Below the pieces are notes generated by a model. It was given only the letters and a program-made list of their open reading frames with translations, was not told where the DNA came from and did no database searches. A DNA stretch of 64,000 nucleotides from Octopus bimaculoides. Its lineage: Eukaryota. The translations under genes and the position numbers were made by a program. The stretch covers positions 192,926,963 to 192,990,962 of the forward strand of contig NC_068981.1 in assembly GCF_001194135.2 (NCBI RefSeq), in the 5' to 3' direction. Below, piece by piece: positions 38,150 through 51,184 of the stretch (within the stretch, counting starts at the first letter, position 1; the number at the start of each line of letters is the position of its first letter).

Positions 38150-39533
38150 GTAAAGAAGTAGACATAAAATTTTCTGCTATCAGACAATTGCACAACACAC
38201 TTGTATAATATGTTCCCAATGCACCTGTAGAATGATTTCACATCACATCAATAAAATTTTGCAACACACTTGTCTGGCCGAGAGTATGGAAACAGGTGAG
38301 AATTGACAAGAGAGGCATCTGACTATAGAAACAGCTGAAACTTCGAAATCACTATCAATCTTCTCTACTAAGAATTATTGAACAGTCAGTCCAGTTTAAT
38401 GCTAAATTGTGCTTTTTATAGATAACCTGGCATAAAAATATAGAATATTTATATATATAATGTGCACTCTACAGCATGTAGTTGATGAATACACACATAT
38501 TCTCGGTATCCTTTCTTTTGTTATAAAAAGCACTGGTGCCAGTGCTACAGAGAAAGCACTGATGATGGTGCCACATAAAAAAAAAACACCAAGTATGTTT
38601 TGTAAAGTGGTTGGCCTTAGGAAGGGCATCCAGCTGTAAAAACCAAGCCAAAACAGACTATGGGACCTTTTGTGTCTCCTGACCGTGCCAACTCCTGTCA
38701 AGCTATGTGACCCATGCCAGCATGGAAAAAAAGACGTATGATGATAAGGACAAAAACTGATATGCATATACATGCAGGCAATTGGAATGACAAAGTTTAT
38801 TTTACAGTGTCTTATTTCAAATTCAAGGGCATGGACAGACAGAAAACAGAATAGATTACATGTGAAATACATAACTGTATTTGTTTTTATATTTAATTTG
38901 TTCTCTAACATGTTTTAAACTTAAACTTATATATTAGGATTATTAGGGTTATGGAAAATGTTGTTCACTTTTGGGAAAAGGACAGAATTACCAGAAGCTC
39001 TTTGACTAAAAGCTACACGAGAGCTATCTATCATTGTTTTGTAAGTACTTATTTACTATAGTAGTAAGTAACTATCTTGCTGCTACAAGTAGACAAGATC
39101 AGGGATGCAAGAAGTGGGCATGGGGTGGAGACATATTGACATTTTGAGAATCCCTAAGATGGAAAAGTTCTGTCATGCCTTAATAATTTCATTACAGCTT
39201 TGAAGGGTAAATCTTTCAGGAGTTATGTGTGCCTTGTGTGGTGAAGAAGGAAAGGGAGATTGTTTGAATTGAGTAGGTTGTAAAGTATGTGTGAAAATGT
39301 TTGTTGTCTCTTTTTCATAATACAAACATTCTCCTTTTTCGTTCAGTAGATATATAACTGAAGAAGATTCTATTGCAGGAACTGAGTTACTTGTGGTGTC
39401 TGATCCATTAGCTATTAATTCTATCATACTAATTAAAATTGCAGTTTATTGCAGTTACTGTTGTTGTTCAAGGTTTTTCCTGTAATATAGATTTCACTGA
39501 CATCACCTTCATCCTTCATACCTTTTAAATATT

Positions 39534-39546
39534 GTTTCTAGGCAAC
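39534..39546. promoter_or_regulatory. Candidate RFX X-box
   Basis: GTTTCTAGGCAAC matches GTTGCTAGGCAAC at 12 of 13 positions and lies in a stretch free of recognisable repeats. No functional evidence. Confidence 0.3.
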
Positions 39547-40109
39547 AGTCACAAACAAAACATGTATGAAACACTTAAGATTAATGTGATAAAAAAAAGT
39601 TTATTTTGTCTGCCTTTTGTTATGAATACAATTCCAGGGATGGGTAAGTGGCTCAAACTGTAGTATGATGAGAGAGGAATAGAAAGCAAGAGGAAGAATG
39701 TTTAATTATAAATAGTTAATATGGTTATTGATATTTATTTTTGATTAGCCACACAAAGCCACTCAGTTTTTGGGAGACTATTGGGGATTATATCAATGTC
39801 AATACTCTGAATTCTTGCAGAGAATTTCATGAATAAAGCATAAGGCAAAATATATATAAATCAACAGAGGAAGAATTGTTTGTTAGCTTTCCATGTATGT
39901 AGCATAGTTCAGGTTTACTTATATTCAGCAATGGTTAACATGTCGATAACTCTTCTAAAAAGTGAAAATAAATTGTGCTGCAAATGATGTCAGTGAAATC
40001 CTAATAATGTCGTCAACAGAACTGGTGAAATACCTTAATATTATTAGCAGATTTCCCTGATCATGCCATGTCCACAGACACTTAGTTGTATAGTATCTTC
40101 TAGTGATAT

Positions 40110-40260
40110 CTTAAGAAATTCTGAAATAACAGCTGAGGTACACTGTTGTAATGTAGTATACACAAATGATGAGAACATCCATACACAGACCATCGAAGGG
40201 AGATGGATGCTTGCCAAAAAGAAATTCAAGCAAAAATGTGAGATGCTTCATTTACTCTGT
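40110..40260 (+). mobile_element. Merlin/IS1595(ISXO2)-like transposase relic
   Basis: VHCCNVVYTNDENIHTQTIEGRWMLAKKKFK resembles the H-T-(N/Q)-T-I-E-G-x-W...K catalytic-E motif of this family. No TIRs were confidently located. Confidence 0.5.
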
Positions 40261-41744
40261 GCTTATGTGGTGACTGTCGTGTTTTCCTGTAAATGATATC
40301 TATACTCTACATTGTTTTCATGTTAAATAAACACAATAAAATTATGCAATTTCAATGTCATCGTTTCTGGTTTCTGTTGCAATTTACTTTCACTATTTTT
40401 TTTAGAGAAAATTAAACAGCATGTTTAGACTTTATAATATTTGTCCAAAAATTTACACTTTGATTGTAACCCAGAGGCCTGGTAGCATTCCAGATGATTT
40501 GTTTTCTGGTGCGGAAGCTACCTGAATATTTATCTGTGATAGCCAACTCATTTTGGGTGGGTGGCTCTACCAAACTGTCTGGAGATTTTTAACTACATGA
40601 GTAGGGAGTCCTATGGACATTGTAGACTGCTTCCTTCTCAGTGGGGAGGGAGAGAGAGAGAGATGGAAAAACAGGAGAACCGATCCCCAGTACTTGGCTG
40701 ATATTTCATATATTGACACTAAAGAGACAAAAAGCAAAACAATTGATGCTAGTGAGATTTGAACTCAGAGAACTGAGAGGTAGAGTAAATACTGTCAGAC
40801 ATTCTATCTGATGGTCTGACTTTCCTGCCAAATCATCAGCTTTTGTTTTAGTTTGTAGCCTCACTGTTCTATAATCAAATCAGGACATCAGTTTCACCTT
40901 GCAACCCCTAACTCTAGTAAAACAAATGTCAGTGATATCCAACTAAATCTATCCACTACAAAATTGATTCAGTTTAATCAAAGGAAATATTTTATTGTAA
41001 AAAAAATTGTGCCTCCTTGAATATCAGAAATCTTTGATTGCATGCCAGAAGTCTAAATTGATATGATGTTACTAAAATTTAATTTTGCATGAGACCATCT
41101 GAAGAGAGAAATATTAATTTGATGGTTTCATTCATTTGTAGTGAAGCTGCTGCTGAATTTCAGACTGTGTCACTCCGATTCCCTATTTAGGACAACAACC
41201 AATCTATATTGCCATAAATGGTAAAGGCCAACTATGAGAAATTAATTGTGTTGCTATAAAAGACATTTGGGCCAAAGCAAACATGGTTTGACCAATTAGA
41301 TTGGCCGATGTGTTACCAAATGGTGGAAGTGAAAATAAGTTTTGCGAAGTTTCCCTCAAACTTGTTTAACTGAAGGTTGTAGAAGCTTGATGTTGTGTTA
41401 TAAAAAACTGGAATATTAAACTCCAGAGTGCTATACAGAACTCTGCTCATCAGTTTTGGGATAAGGTGTTCTCGTCTACTTATTCTGTCTTTAATAAGTA
41501 TGAATAATTTTCATATAACTAAAATATTTCATGCTATGAACATTTTTAACAATTATATTCATTATTTCACATATGATGTAAATGCAAATGCTCCTGGAGA
41601 TAAAAAATATAGACACTTACTCTGCTATCAGTGTGGTCATTCTTGCTTTCACACACAATCTACCCAATATTGTGTGCTACCAATGACAAATTATTGACTA
41701 ATATCAATATGAATAATGACCCTTTCCCACCACTAAACATTCAG

Positions 41745-42090
41745 CTGGCATAATGATGTTGTAGCCTGGCTCTCCATTGGTTACAATGACAAATGTTCCA
41801 GTTAATTCAATCAATGGAACAGCTTGCATATGACATTAATGTGCAAGTGGCTGAGAACTCCACAGACACGTGCTCTCTTAACATAGTTCTCAAGGAGATA
41901 CTGTGTGGCACAGAGTGTGACAAGGCTGGCCCTTTGAATTACATGTGCAACTCATTTTTGTCCATTGAATGGACTGGAGCAATGAGAAATAAAGTGTCTT
42001 GCTCAAGGACACAACATGCCACTCGGAATTGAACTCGTGACCTTATGACTTTCAGCCAAATCCCTGGTCACAAAGCTATGCACCTTCCCT
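41745..42090 (-). mobile_element. Third SINE family (tRNA head with a GTGTCCTTGAGCAAGACAC CORE/V-like domain)
   Basis: The minus strand shows a decayed tRNA-like head (GAGTTCAATTCC B-box) followed by GTTGTGTCCTTGAGCAAGACACTTTATTTCTCATTGCTCCAGTCCA. Confidence 0.6.
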
Positions 42091-43899
42091 TGATTTTATA
42101 TAGGGTGTCCACAAAGTCTAGGTATATGGAGTAAATAAAATCATAACATAAACAGTTAAATATAAGAAATAATAATTTTCCTTTTTTAATTTTGTTTAAA
42201 TTAAATAAATAAATACGTTACTTTTCTAAATTTATCTATGTTATTTTTCCTACCCAGATCGAATGATGGCTCTGTAGAATAAGAAACATTATAACATTCA
42301 CCAAACACAACACTTAATGAGTCATACAAACAGTTTTAAACCTTTCTCTATCATTAATATAACACATACTGGAACTAAAAGTAGATGTTTGTGGTAATTA
42401 ATGTTAAGAACCTCTTCCTGGGAAAATATTTAAGAACTGAAGAAAAAATAACAATCCAAGATCTAAAATATTTTGCTTTAGGTGAATAGGTTAAAACAGG
42501 GCTATTTATATTCCACTCTTTCAATTCTCTCCGCATTCTTTATAATGGAGCTGTGTTTATTTCAGGTGCAGAATGGGTAGACAGACAGTCCTTTTTCCTT
42601 TTTCAGAATAGCAGACTGCTAATGTCACTTGACGTTCCTTGCCTGTTGCTACTACTCTGCTAGGTATTAGTTGCAGTTATTCCTCAGTAATAACGTTAGG
42701 CAAACATCTTGAAGAAATGTTAATACTACATAAAATTCGTTATTTCAGTTAACTTTGTGGCTGACATAAGTTAATATAATAACTTTTCCATTTTTTTTTT
42801 TCTTTTCCCAGATTCCAAGATTCAATAGAGTAATTATTTGACTGTTCACAACAGATTGTTCTTTCTTGAAATTTGAGAAAAGAATTTAAGAAAATCATAA
42901 TTGGCTCTTGCAGGAAATAATTTAAATATATTCTATCCAAACTTACCAGGAAAATGTAAAGAGAAAGTTTGTTAATTAAATGTGGTGGCATTTTGAAAAA
43001 TCTGTTAATTACACTAGCAGTCAAGAGAGAAAACTTATGTCTGTAGCTACTAGCTACTGTTAGGAAGAATGTGCCAGAACATCCATTCAATATTTTGCTT
43101 AATAAATCAATTTGCCTCGAGGAAAAGCATTTCTAAACATTATTGAGTTATTAAACTAGAAAACACCAATAGTTTATCTCCATTTTTCTTTTATTTTCTT
43201 TTCTTTCTCTTTTTAGTTTTCAGGAGTATATATAAGTTTTAAAGATGGTGGGTATGTCTGGGTATTCCATGAGACTTTTAATCATTGGGTTTGTTACTTA
43301 GCATAAAACATATTTCTTCAAAGGATACCAGATAATCTACATATATCTGGGTACATCTCAGTAAACAACAACTCCCTTCTTGAATGGGCCATGATACCAC
43401 AAAATGTGTCTTGAAAATGACTTAACAGATCCTATCAGGTGGTGCTATTAAGTTAGACATGCCCAGGGGGTCAATCTTTGGCTGAAATATATCTAAGTTA
43501 TTTATCAGTGATTATTATTAAACCTAGTTTTATATATTTCCATATTATTTGTCATTGAAATGGTATTCAGACATCAGATAATAGATCCAGTAAAGACTTA
43601 ATCTGAAAAATCCTGAAACTGGAACACTCAATGTAACATCCATTTTAGTGAGTTCAATGTGCATTGATTACCTATTAATTATACAAGATAGAAGAGGCAT
43701 GAATGTGTGGTTTAGAAGTTTGCTTTATAAACATGTAATTCCAACTTCAATCTCATCAGTGCTAAGTTAAGTAAAATTTGGCAGATGGAAACTGTGTGGA
43801 CACCTGCTGGATGGATAGTTTCTGCTCAGTAATTAATTATGATTAACCATAAATGTACACAATGAGAATAATGAGAATAATTTATAATAATGTGGTTGT

Positions 43900-45330
43900 C
43901 TGTTGTAGAAGCTGGAGGAACAATTTTGAAGTCTGTTTTAAGAAACTCCAAGAACAGGAATTAAAACAAAAAAATCTCTGTAGATTATTGAGATTTGTGT
44001 TACAAAGTAACACGATGAAATTTGGACAAAGTAACACAATGAAATTTTACCGCTAGACGAGGAGTTGTGCCGTGGGTACTCCCATGGCAATTAATTTTGC
44101 TAATGTCTTCATGACGAAATTCGAGACACAACTACTGAAGACATTCAAATCCCTTCATGGTCATGAACCAATACTTTGGTTATGGTTCATTGATGACGTC
44201 TTTTTGTCTGGGAAGGATCACAGGTTAGTTTGACTTTTTGCATTTCTGTGACTGTTATGCTAAAAACTATGGCTTTAAGTCCAACATAAAATTTACGTCT
44301 AGTTTTTCAAATACTATCTTTGAATTTTTAGACACAAAAGTTAAGTTTTTTTGAGGCAGAATGGTAACAGAGTTATTTTGCAAGCCCACATCATCTCACA
44401 TTTATCTCCACCATTACTCTGATCATCCACATCATATTATTTGGTCAAATCTAACATCCCAAGTTTTGAGGATAAAACAGATTTGTACTGACATAGGGGA
44501 CTCCTGGAAACATGCAAATGCTTTTGTACATCATTATGTTAAACACGGTTACAGTGAATCATGATTAAAGGAAATAGCAAATGAAATAGCTAAGATTAGC
44601 AAAGATAGTCAAACCTTCATGCATAATTTTAGCAAACAATACAATAGATGACAGAATTCCTTTAGTGATTAACTGGCACCGAAATTTTGCTGGCATTTCA
44701 AGTGTTGCATGAAAGTTGCCAGCATGTGGCGAAAAAATATCCTCGTTTCAAACAGATATTTCCTCAGCCGCTTATTGTAGCCTTTAGATGGAATAAGAAT
44801 ATAAGAGAATTATTGACCTCTATATCTGACTCCAAGAAAATGAACATTGGAGTATCTGCACGCTGTACCTTAAAGAACAGCCGCAAGAGAGGTAAGCCCT
44901 GTTCATTGTGCAACAACATGAGTCAAGTGAATTCCATCAGGAATCATAAAAGAAATGTTATGATTTATACAGAAGGTGGGACATGTAGAGATTCCCATTT
45001 GATGTACATGGCAGAATGCACAAAACACAACTTGATGTTGGTTGTACAACAGAACAATTAAACAAAAGATTTAATGAGCACAGATTCAACGTCAGGCATA
45101 ATAACTGTAGTTCGACAGAGTTTGCTGAACATTTTCCTTCAAACGGCTGCAATTTTGAAAGAGACTTGAAAGTGCATATTCTCAGAAAATATTCTGAATC
45201 TGCTTCACTTTCACTTCTCAAAATGCATGAGGAGAAATATGTTTGTAGGTTATTAGCTTCACGCCCTGGAGGAATGAATGAAACGACAGGAGAATATCAT
45301 CAAATTTATACAAAACAGTTTGATTAAATA
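43900..45330 (+). mobile_element. Decayed Penelope-like element (RT plus GIY-YIG endonuclease)
   Basis: LLRFVLQSN.MKF; GCAVGTPMAINFANVFM; WLWFIDDVF (RT DD); TELFCKPT..HIYLH..SDHP; RIPLV..W...FPQPLIVAFR.NKNIRELL; Cys linker CSLC; and C..S..MY.AEC..H...VG.T...L.KRFNEHR...AEHF...L.V.IL...E......P.GMN (GIY-YIG). Several frameshifts and stops are present. Confidence 0.9.
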
Positions 45331-45625
45331 GTCTTCTTTTTTTCTTTCCTCTTTCTTTCTGTCTTTTTCTTTTCGCCTGTTATAAAATTGAAACTTAAAG
45401 ACTGGTGATGTCATTCCATCAATGTGTGGATACTGGTTTCTCTTGTTCATACTTTAAATTTAAATTTCTATAATTTTGAATTTTTATCACTTCTTATTTT
45501 GAATTTGACAAAGACAGATTTACTGACAAAATATCATTCAACCAATAAAATATCTATTACAATCGAATTGCACTCTTCGTCTTGACTGTTTACCTTTGCG
45601 AAGAGTTACATTAATCCTTTTAAAA

Positions 45626-45664
<39 letters not shown>

Positions 45665-48600
45665 CATCATTAAAATGGTGAACTGGCTGAATCACCAATG
45701 CGTTGGAGCTTCCAGCTTTTTATATTTTGAGTTCAAGTTTCACTGAGGTCGATAAAATAAGTACCAGTTTAGCACTGAGGGGGGGGGGGCAATGTAATTA
45801 ACTTCCCCACCCTTCAAAATTACTGGCCTTGTGCCAAAATAAGAAAGGATCATTATTATAATTATTACACTGGTGAGCCAACAAAAACATTCGGGCCTCT
45901 GGCAAAAATGCCTTGTATTTTCTCCAGCTCTTTGCATTTTCAGTTCAAATCCTACCAAGGTCAACTTTGCATTTCTTCTCGTCAGAGTCAGTAAGATAAA
46001 GTACCAGTCATATACTAGGGTAATGGTGGATATAGTCAACTATGCTTTTCTTGTGTGTCTATGTTACAAACAATTCTATGAGAAATTTTGAAGGTGGAGA
46101 GAGAGCATAAAGAAAACCTCAAAATGGCTTTATATTTTGATTGACCAAGACACCAAAGGAACCTCTACTTAATCTCTCAATGTACTAGATATCCTCGAAA
46201 CAGCATCAAACCATCTTAAATAATGAAAGGAAACACACAATGTAAGCTGAGACACATTATTCTGAATAAAAGACGGAATGGTCATGGATGGATAATCTTT
46301 GATAATAGACCTGGCTGGTCTACGATTTAACTGTAACAACAAAGGACACATTAAGTAATGTAGTCTTGGATACATTATGTCTGAATACAAAACAACAACA
46401 AAACAAAACAAAACACAACATGGTCAAGAGAAGGTGGAAGAAGATTCCATTTGGGTCTCAGGAAATGGGGATCCTCTCAAAATCAAAGGGAGTGTTGAAT
46501 TTTAAAAAAATTGTTTTTGGGCAGGAGCCCAGCAGATTATCAGTGGGTTCTTCCTTTGCTCCCTGGGCCTTGGACTAATGTACCAACTGAACCCCACCCT
46601 CTCTGTAGGCTCTGGTCACATCTAGCATATCTTTGATCATCAGTTTGCTCAATCAAGACTGACAGAGAATAAACAACAATAACAACGACGGCAGATTGAA
46701 ATTCTATGTGAAGGATATTGATATAAGTTCTTACATATTTTTACAGCGAACAAGTATTTTTCAGTAGGAGAAAACAGGGTCAACCAATTGCAGAACTAAG
46801 TATATAAATATATGAAATAAAACTGTAAACAAGATAAAGCAGAACCAGATTATTTCTGCCAATGACACCTCACTCTTAGAATAGAAAGGTTATCATAAAT
46901 GGATCCTTCACATTTTTTATCCAGCTTCTATCAAGACGTGCTGTTTTGCTCTCATTTCCCCAGCTGACCCTTTAGTACTTAAAAAAGATTAAAGTGTTAG
47001 GGGTTCTACTGTAGGTAGTTATAGAATTTATGAGGTAAAAGACAACAAGAGCTACCCACCTCCCACCCTTAGCTTTCTATGACATTCCACTCACATGTGG
47101 AATGCTGTAGCAGGGGCCTTCAACCTTCTATACTTCAGCAGCCCTTTTCATGGAATGTGTTTGACAAAAAGTTCCCCCACCTCATGTTTTTGAAAAAAAA
47201 AAAAAAAAAGAAAACGAGAGAGAAATAAAGGTAAAATATTCAAAACAGCAGATTATTTCATCAAACCCAGTAGGTGACTCTTTTTAGATAAATTTTTATG
47301 AAAATTGCTAAAGAAAGTGAGGATTATAAAATGAAATAGTATTAGATCTCGATGTAGCATTGGTCATGTTTTCTGCTCACTGATAACACAAAGTTTCTTG
47401 ATGTAATAAATTGTAGATGTATCGTAGAAAGTTGATGATGACAGAGTTGGGAAGGGGTCAGAATCCCAAAAAGGAGTGGATGTGGTTAAAATGATATCTT
47501 TATTTTAAATTGTGTGTTGTAGATGATGTCTTCAGCAGTCATTGTATTTAACTTCATACTGGTCAGTCAATGAGGTTGCAACAGACATGATCATTCCACC
47601 AGTTAGAAATAATAATCAAATTTTCCTCAAATCACAGCAATCTTATTTGTTCTAGATGCTAAGTATGAATGTTTTCGGTATGTCTGTTCGATTAGAGCTA
47701 ACCTAAACAAACTACCAACAAAACAAACCAGCAACAAGGCTCTGAAATCCAACTGTCCCTCTGGCCAGGCAACAAGAATGAATGAAGAAATGTCAGGCTA
47801 ATGAAGGTGCATTGACATAGTGGTTCAACCAGCTAGAAATAGCTGCCAAATCTTCCTCATGTCATACTCTACCACCTTAGAAAGGGAGGAGAGCACATTG
47901 ACTAATGTAGTCTTAGATAACTATAACTGCAAATACGATTAAAAAATATATATGGCTATGGTTAAGATATTTTTGATCATAGGACTGCTGATTCAGGACT
48001 AACCTTGGGCTAAACAACAAGAACAGTAACAATGACAATATAGTGGACACTTGAGGGAAATTCCTCTCCTCTCTATTATATATACATACATACGAACGTA
48101 GTAGATAACAGCTAGCCTTTGGCCACATTTTGGACCCTTGTGTCCATTACTCTGATTGGTTGGTATTGGCACAATTTTGTCTCTTGCTCTACCGTGCACC
48201 AATATGCAACCCAGCCAATTGTAGCCTTCAAATAAGGTCACATGTGGCAGCCTGCTTTATACCCAGCTTTGAGCCTACAACTTCTTATGAAACTCCAGCT
48301 TCTCTATTTCATAAATTTTGCCATAAAGGCATTACATAGAGGGGACAAACAAAGACAAACAAACATAAAGAAGCTGCGAGCTGGACACGGACATTACTGA
48401 ATGAAATGAATACAAAAAGATGAGTAAAAAATGGGAGAGGCACCGGCACCCGCCGACCAACAACCCCTCGAAAACCTTGTTCAATAAAAATCATCAACAA
48501 AATCAAATTAAATCAAGTCCTATAGTCCTCCACATCTGGGCCCCCAAGCAAGATTCCTGCTGCCTGCAGGACAACCCACAATGGCTGGCCCGGCTTTATG

Positions 48601-49584
48601 ATGATGAAGTCCTTCCTGTCACATATCCTTTCAACATTTTTTCCTTCTCTGACATATAAGACCTCCGCAAACACCTACGGAGGCCTTATCGTCTCGATAA
48701 GCTTCTCATCGTCTCAATGTCTTTGGTTCCAGACCTTTTAAGGTCTAGCCACTGACCGCACAAGACACAGCCAGTTCCAGCGACAGCACTCATCCAACAG
48801 CATAAGGCAATCTCTTTCTTCGTCTCCACCATCATCTTCTTAATGTCGTCAACATCATCTCTCTATGTACACAGTAACCAGCAACTCGCCCAGGTTCCAA
48901 TACAGCACTGTTTGTGAATTACTTCACCATGGATCAACAGCAAATATACAACTTGCAGGAACTCCTGTACCAAGTGACCCAACAGCAGCATTACAGCCAC
49001 AACTTCACGTATGACATGTACTGCAACCGGCTCTGCATCGTTGCCACAACTTCTTGATACAGTATTTCAACTTATCATGTACGACTGACTACAAACTGGT
49101 ATTTCTCATTCTTGTGTCTATGAACATTCTTCTAACTCCTCACTATAGACTCTTTCAATGTTTTTCTTCTTCATTACTATTCTTATCTGTACTTAACGCA
49201 CACGCATACATCCATGCCTATACACACACATACACTTTGTTCTCATGACGGCCTGTCTATTGTTCTGTATACATGACGCACACACAATCACACACGTTAA
49301 CATATCAATAAATCTTCTCTTAAACATTCTACTTGATTACGTGTCTCTCTTCTCCTTCTGGCATATATACGCATTATTCTTTTTATATTTATTGTATTGA
49401 CCGTGTGATGTACTCAGGAGCCATTCTTGTCACCTCACTTTGCATGGTCGTTACAACAGCAACAACTACAGCAGTAGAGTAATTCATTCCCCCTTTTGTG
49501 AGATTCGATCCCTGCACTCTCAGTTCCCAGTTAATTTAATACTTCTTCACTGATCTGATCTTCCTTTTCTTACTCTGGTTGCCT

Positions 49585-49790
49585 AGTTGTTGTTGTTGTT
49601 TAGCCCTAGGTCAGCTCTGATCCTGCAGACATGATCAGAGACATTTTAGCCTTGACCATCCTGATTTGTCTTCAGACTTAGTTTCTCTCAGATCACTTAT
49701 TTACTAGACAATGGGATATGATTTGAGGGAGATTTAGTTGCTATTTTGAGTGGGTTGAATGAGCACATTGAGGCAGCTTAACTGGCTTGA
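49585..49790. repeat. Unclassified dispersed repeat (family C), representative copy
   Basis: (GTT)n-TAGCCC.AGGTCAGC.CTGATC...GACCATCC...GTGATTTGAGGGAGATTT.G.TGCTATTT. Similar copies lie at ~15600-15950, 20960-21165, 26130-26380, 29640-29830, 30110-30290, 46160-46340, 47600-48020 and 60770-60960. Confidence 0.7.
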
Positions 49791-50285
49791 GGTCCCCCCC
49801 CCCGCATTTATTCTGTTGCCTAGCTACAAGGATAGCTGGATTTCAGTATCTTATCTAGGGTACTGTGCACTAGCCTGGCTGGTTAGAGTTACAGTACCTT
49901 ATTTGGCAACTAAATTAGGATGATTATGAACTTTGGCCTCAGTCTGGTTTCAGTTTCTCTAGTAAGGTGTCACCAAACACCTAAGTAGCTAATTATTTTG
50001 GAATGACCTAAGAAATGACATTAGTTTTGGATGTTATGTCACAAATGTAAGTGAAATGTATATAACATGACACACACATACACGTCTGGTAGTGTTGTTT
50101 GGTAAGAAAGCGATTTCTGGTACCTTAACAGCCAATGAATAAAAACAAAAGCAACTGCAAAAAAGCAGACCTGGTTGGTATATAAGGGGAATTTAGGGAT
50201 GGTGGGGGAAGAAACTGCAAGCAGAAATAAAGAGAATAAAATTGATAGATAATAGGGGAAAAAAGATAGATAGATAGATAGAGAG

Positions 50286-50316
<31 letters not shown>

Positions 50317-51184
50317 GATAGATAGATATAATGAGAAAGAGAAAGAGAGAGAGAGAATGAGAGAAAGAGAGAAGATATAGATGAGTGAAAGAAGGTGAGC
50401 AAATAGAGATTCAGGTTGCATAGACACACAGACACAAATGACTACCATACCCCCAACTAGAAAAACATGATTATAAGATTGCTAGTGAGGGTTGGTTACA
50501 GAAACAGTGATAAAAGGCACAGATGTAAGAATGTATGCTAAATATAGCTACTTATACAGTAGAGATATCAGTTCTAACTCTCGCAACTATCATTCTGCTT
50601 TTTTTCTCTTATCATGTCTCAACATTCTTGAGAATTCAGAAAAGATAACAGCATTTACAGAGGCCTGAAGACAACTGAAAAGAATCCCCCAAACCAAGTT
50701 GTTGTTCTCTTTCAAGTGAGTGCTAAATACCAACCAACATTTTAGAAAGATCATCCTTAGATTCTTTAATCCCTAAACTGTGTGGAAAATGGGACAGATT
50801 TTAGACCCTTTTATTTTGTTGACACTGTGACACCATATCAAGTCATATTGATATGACAAGAGCTGACATGAAATCCTCAACATCAGTGATTTTCAGCTTA
50901 GAGGTTGTGGGATCATTCTGAAAGGGGTGGGAAGACAAGGTTTTTTGCTTTTAAAATATATAAGATAGGAACTGCGAATGAATATGCTATACAATAAAAC
51001 ACAGGCATAATGACCACAACATAACACTTACTGCCAAAAAATACCCCTCAAACCAGGAATATTTTCACAAGAAAAGTATCAAATGTTAATTTTATTATAT
51101 TTTTGGAAAAATGAATTTTTATTGGAAATATTAAAAAAAGAAGAGGTATTGTGGTACATAGTTGCTCAGCCTTATCTCCCTTAA

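Noticed and set aside
38270-38300. CACTTGT-CTGGCCGA…GAAACAGGTG as a hammerhead ribozyme
   Set aside because: The pairing topology and core sequence do not fit CUGANGA/GAAA/UH.
42940-43100. Possible minus-strand 5' exon of the TRIM ending CTG|GTAAGT at ~42947
   Set aside because: A donor consensus alone is expected by chance in 64 kb. It cannot be linked to the 29512 acceptor without transcripts.
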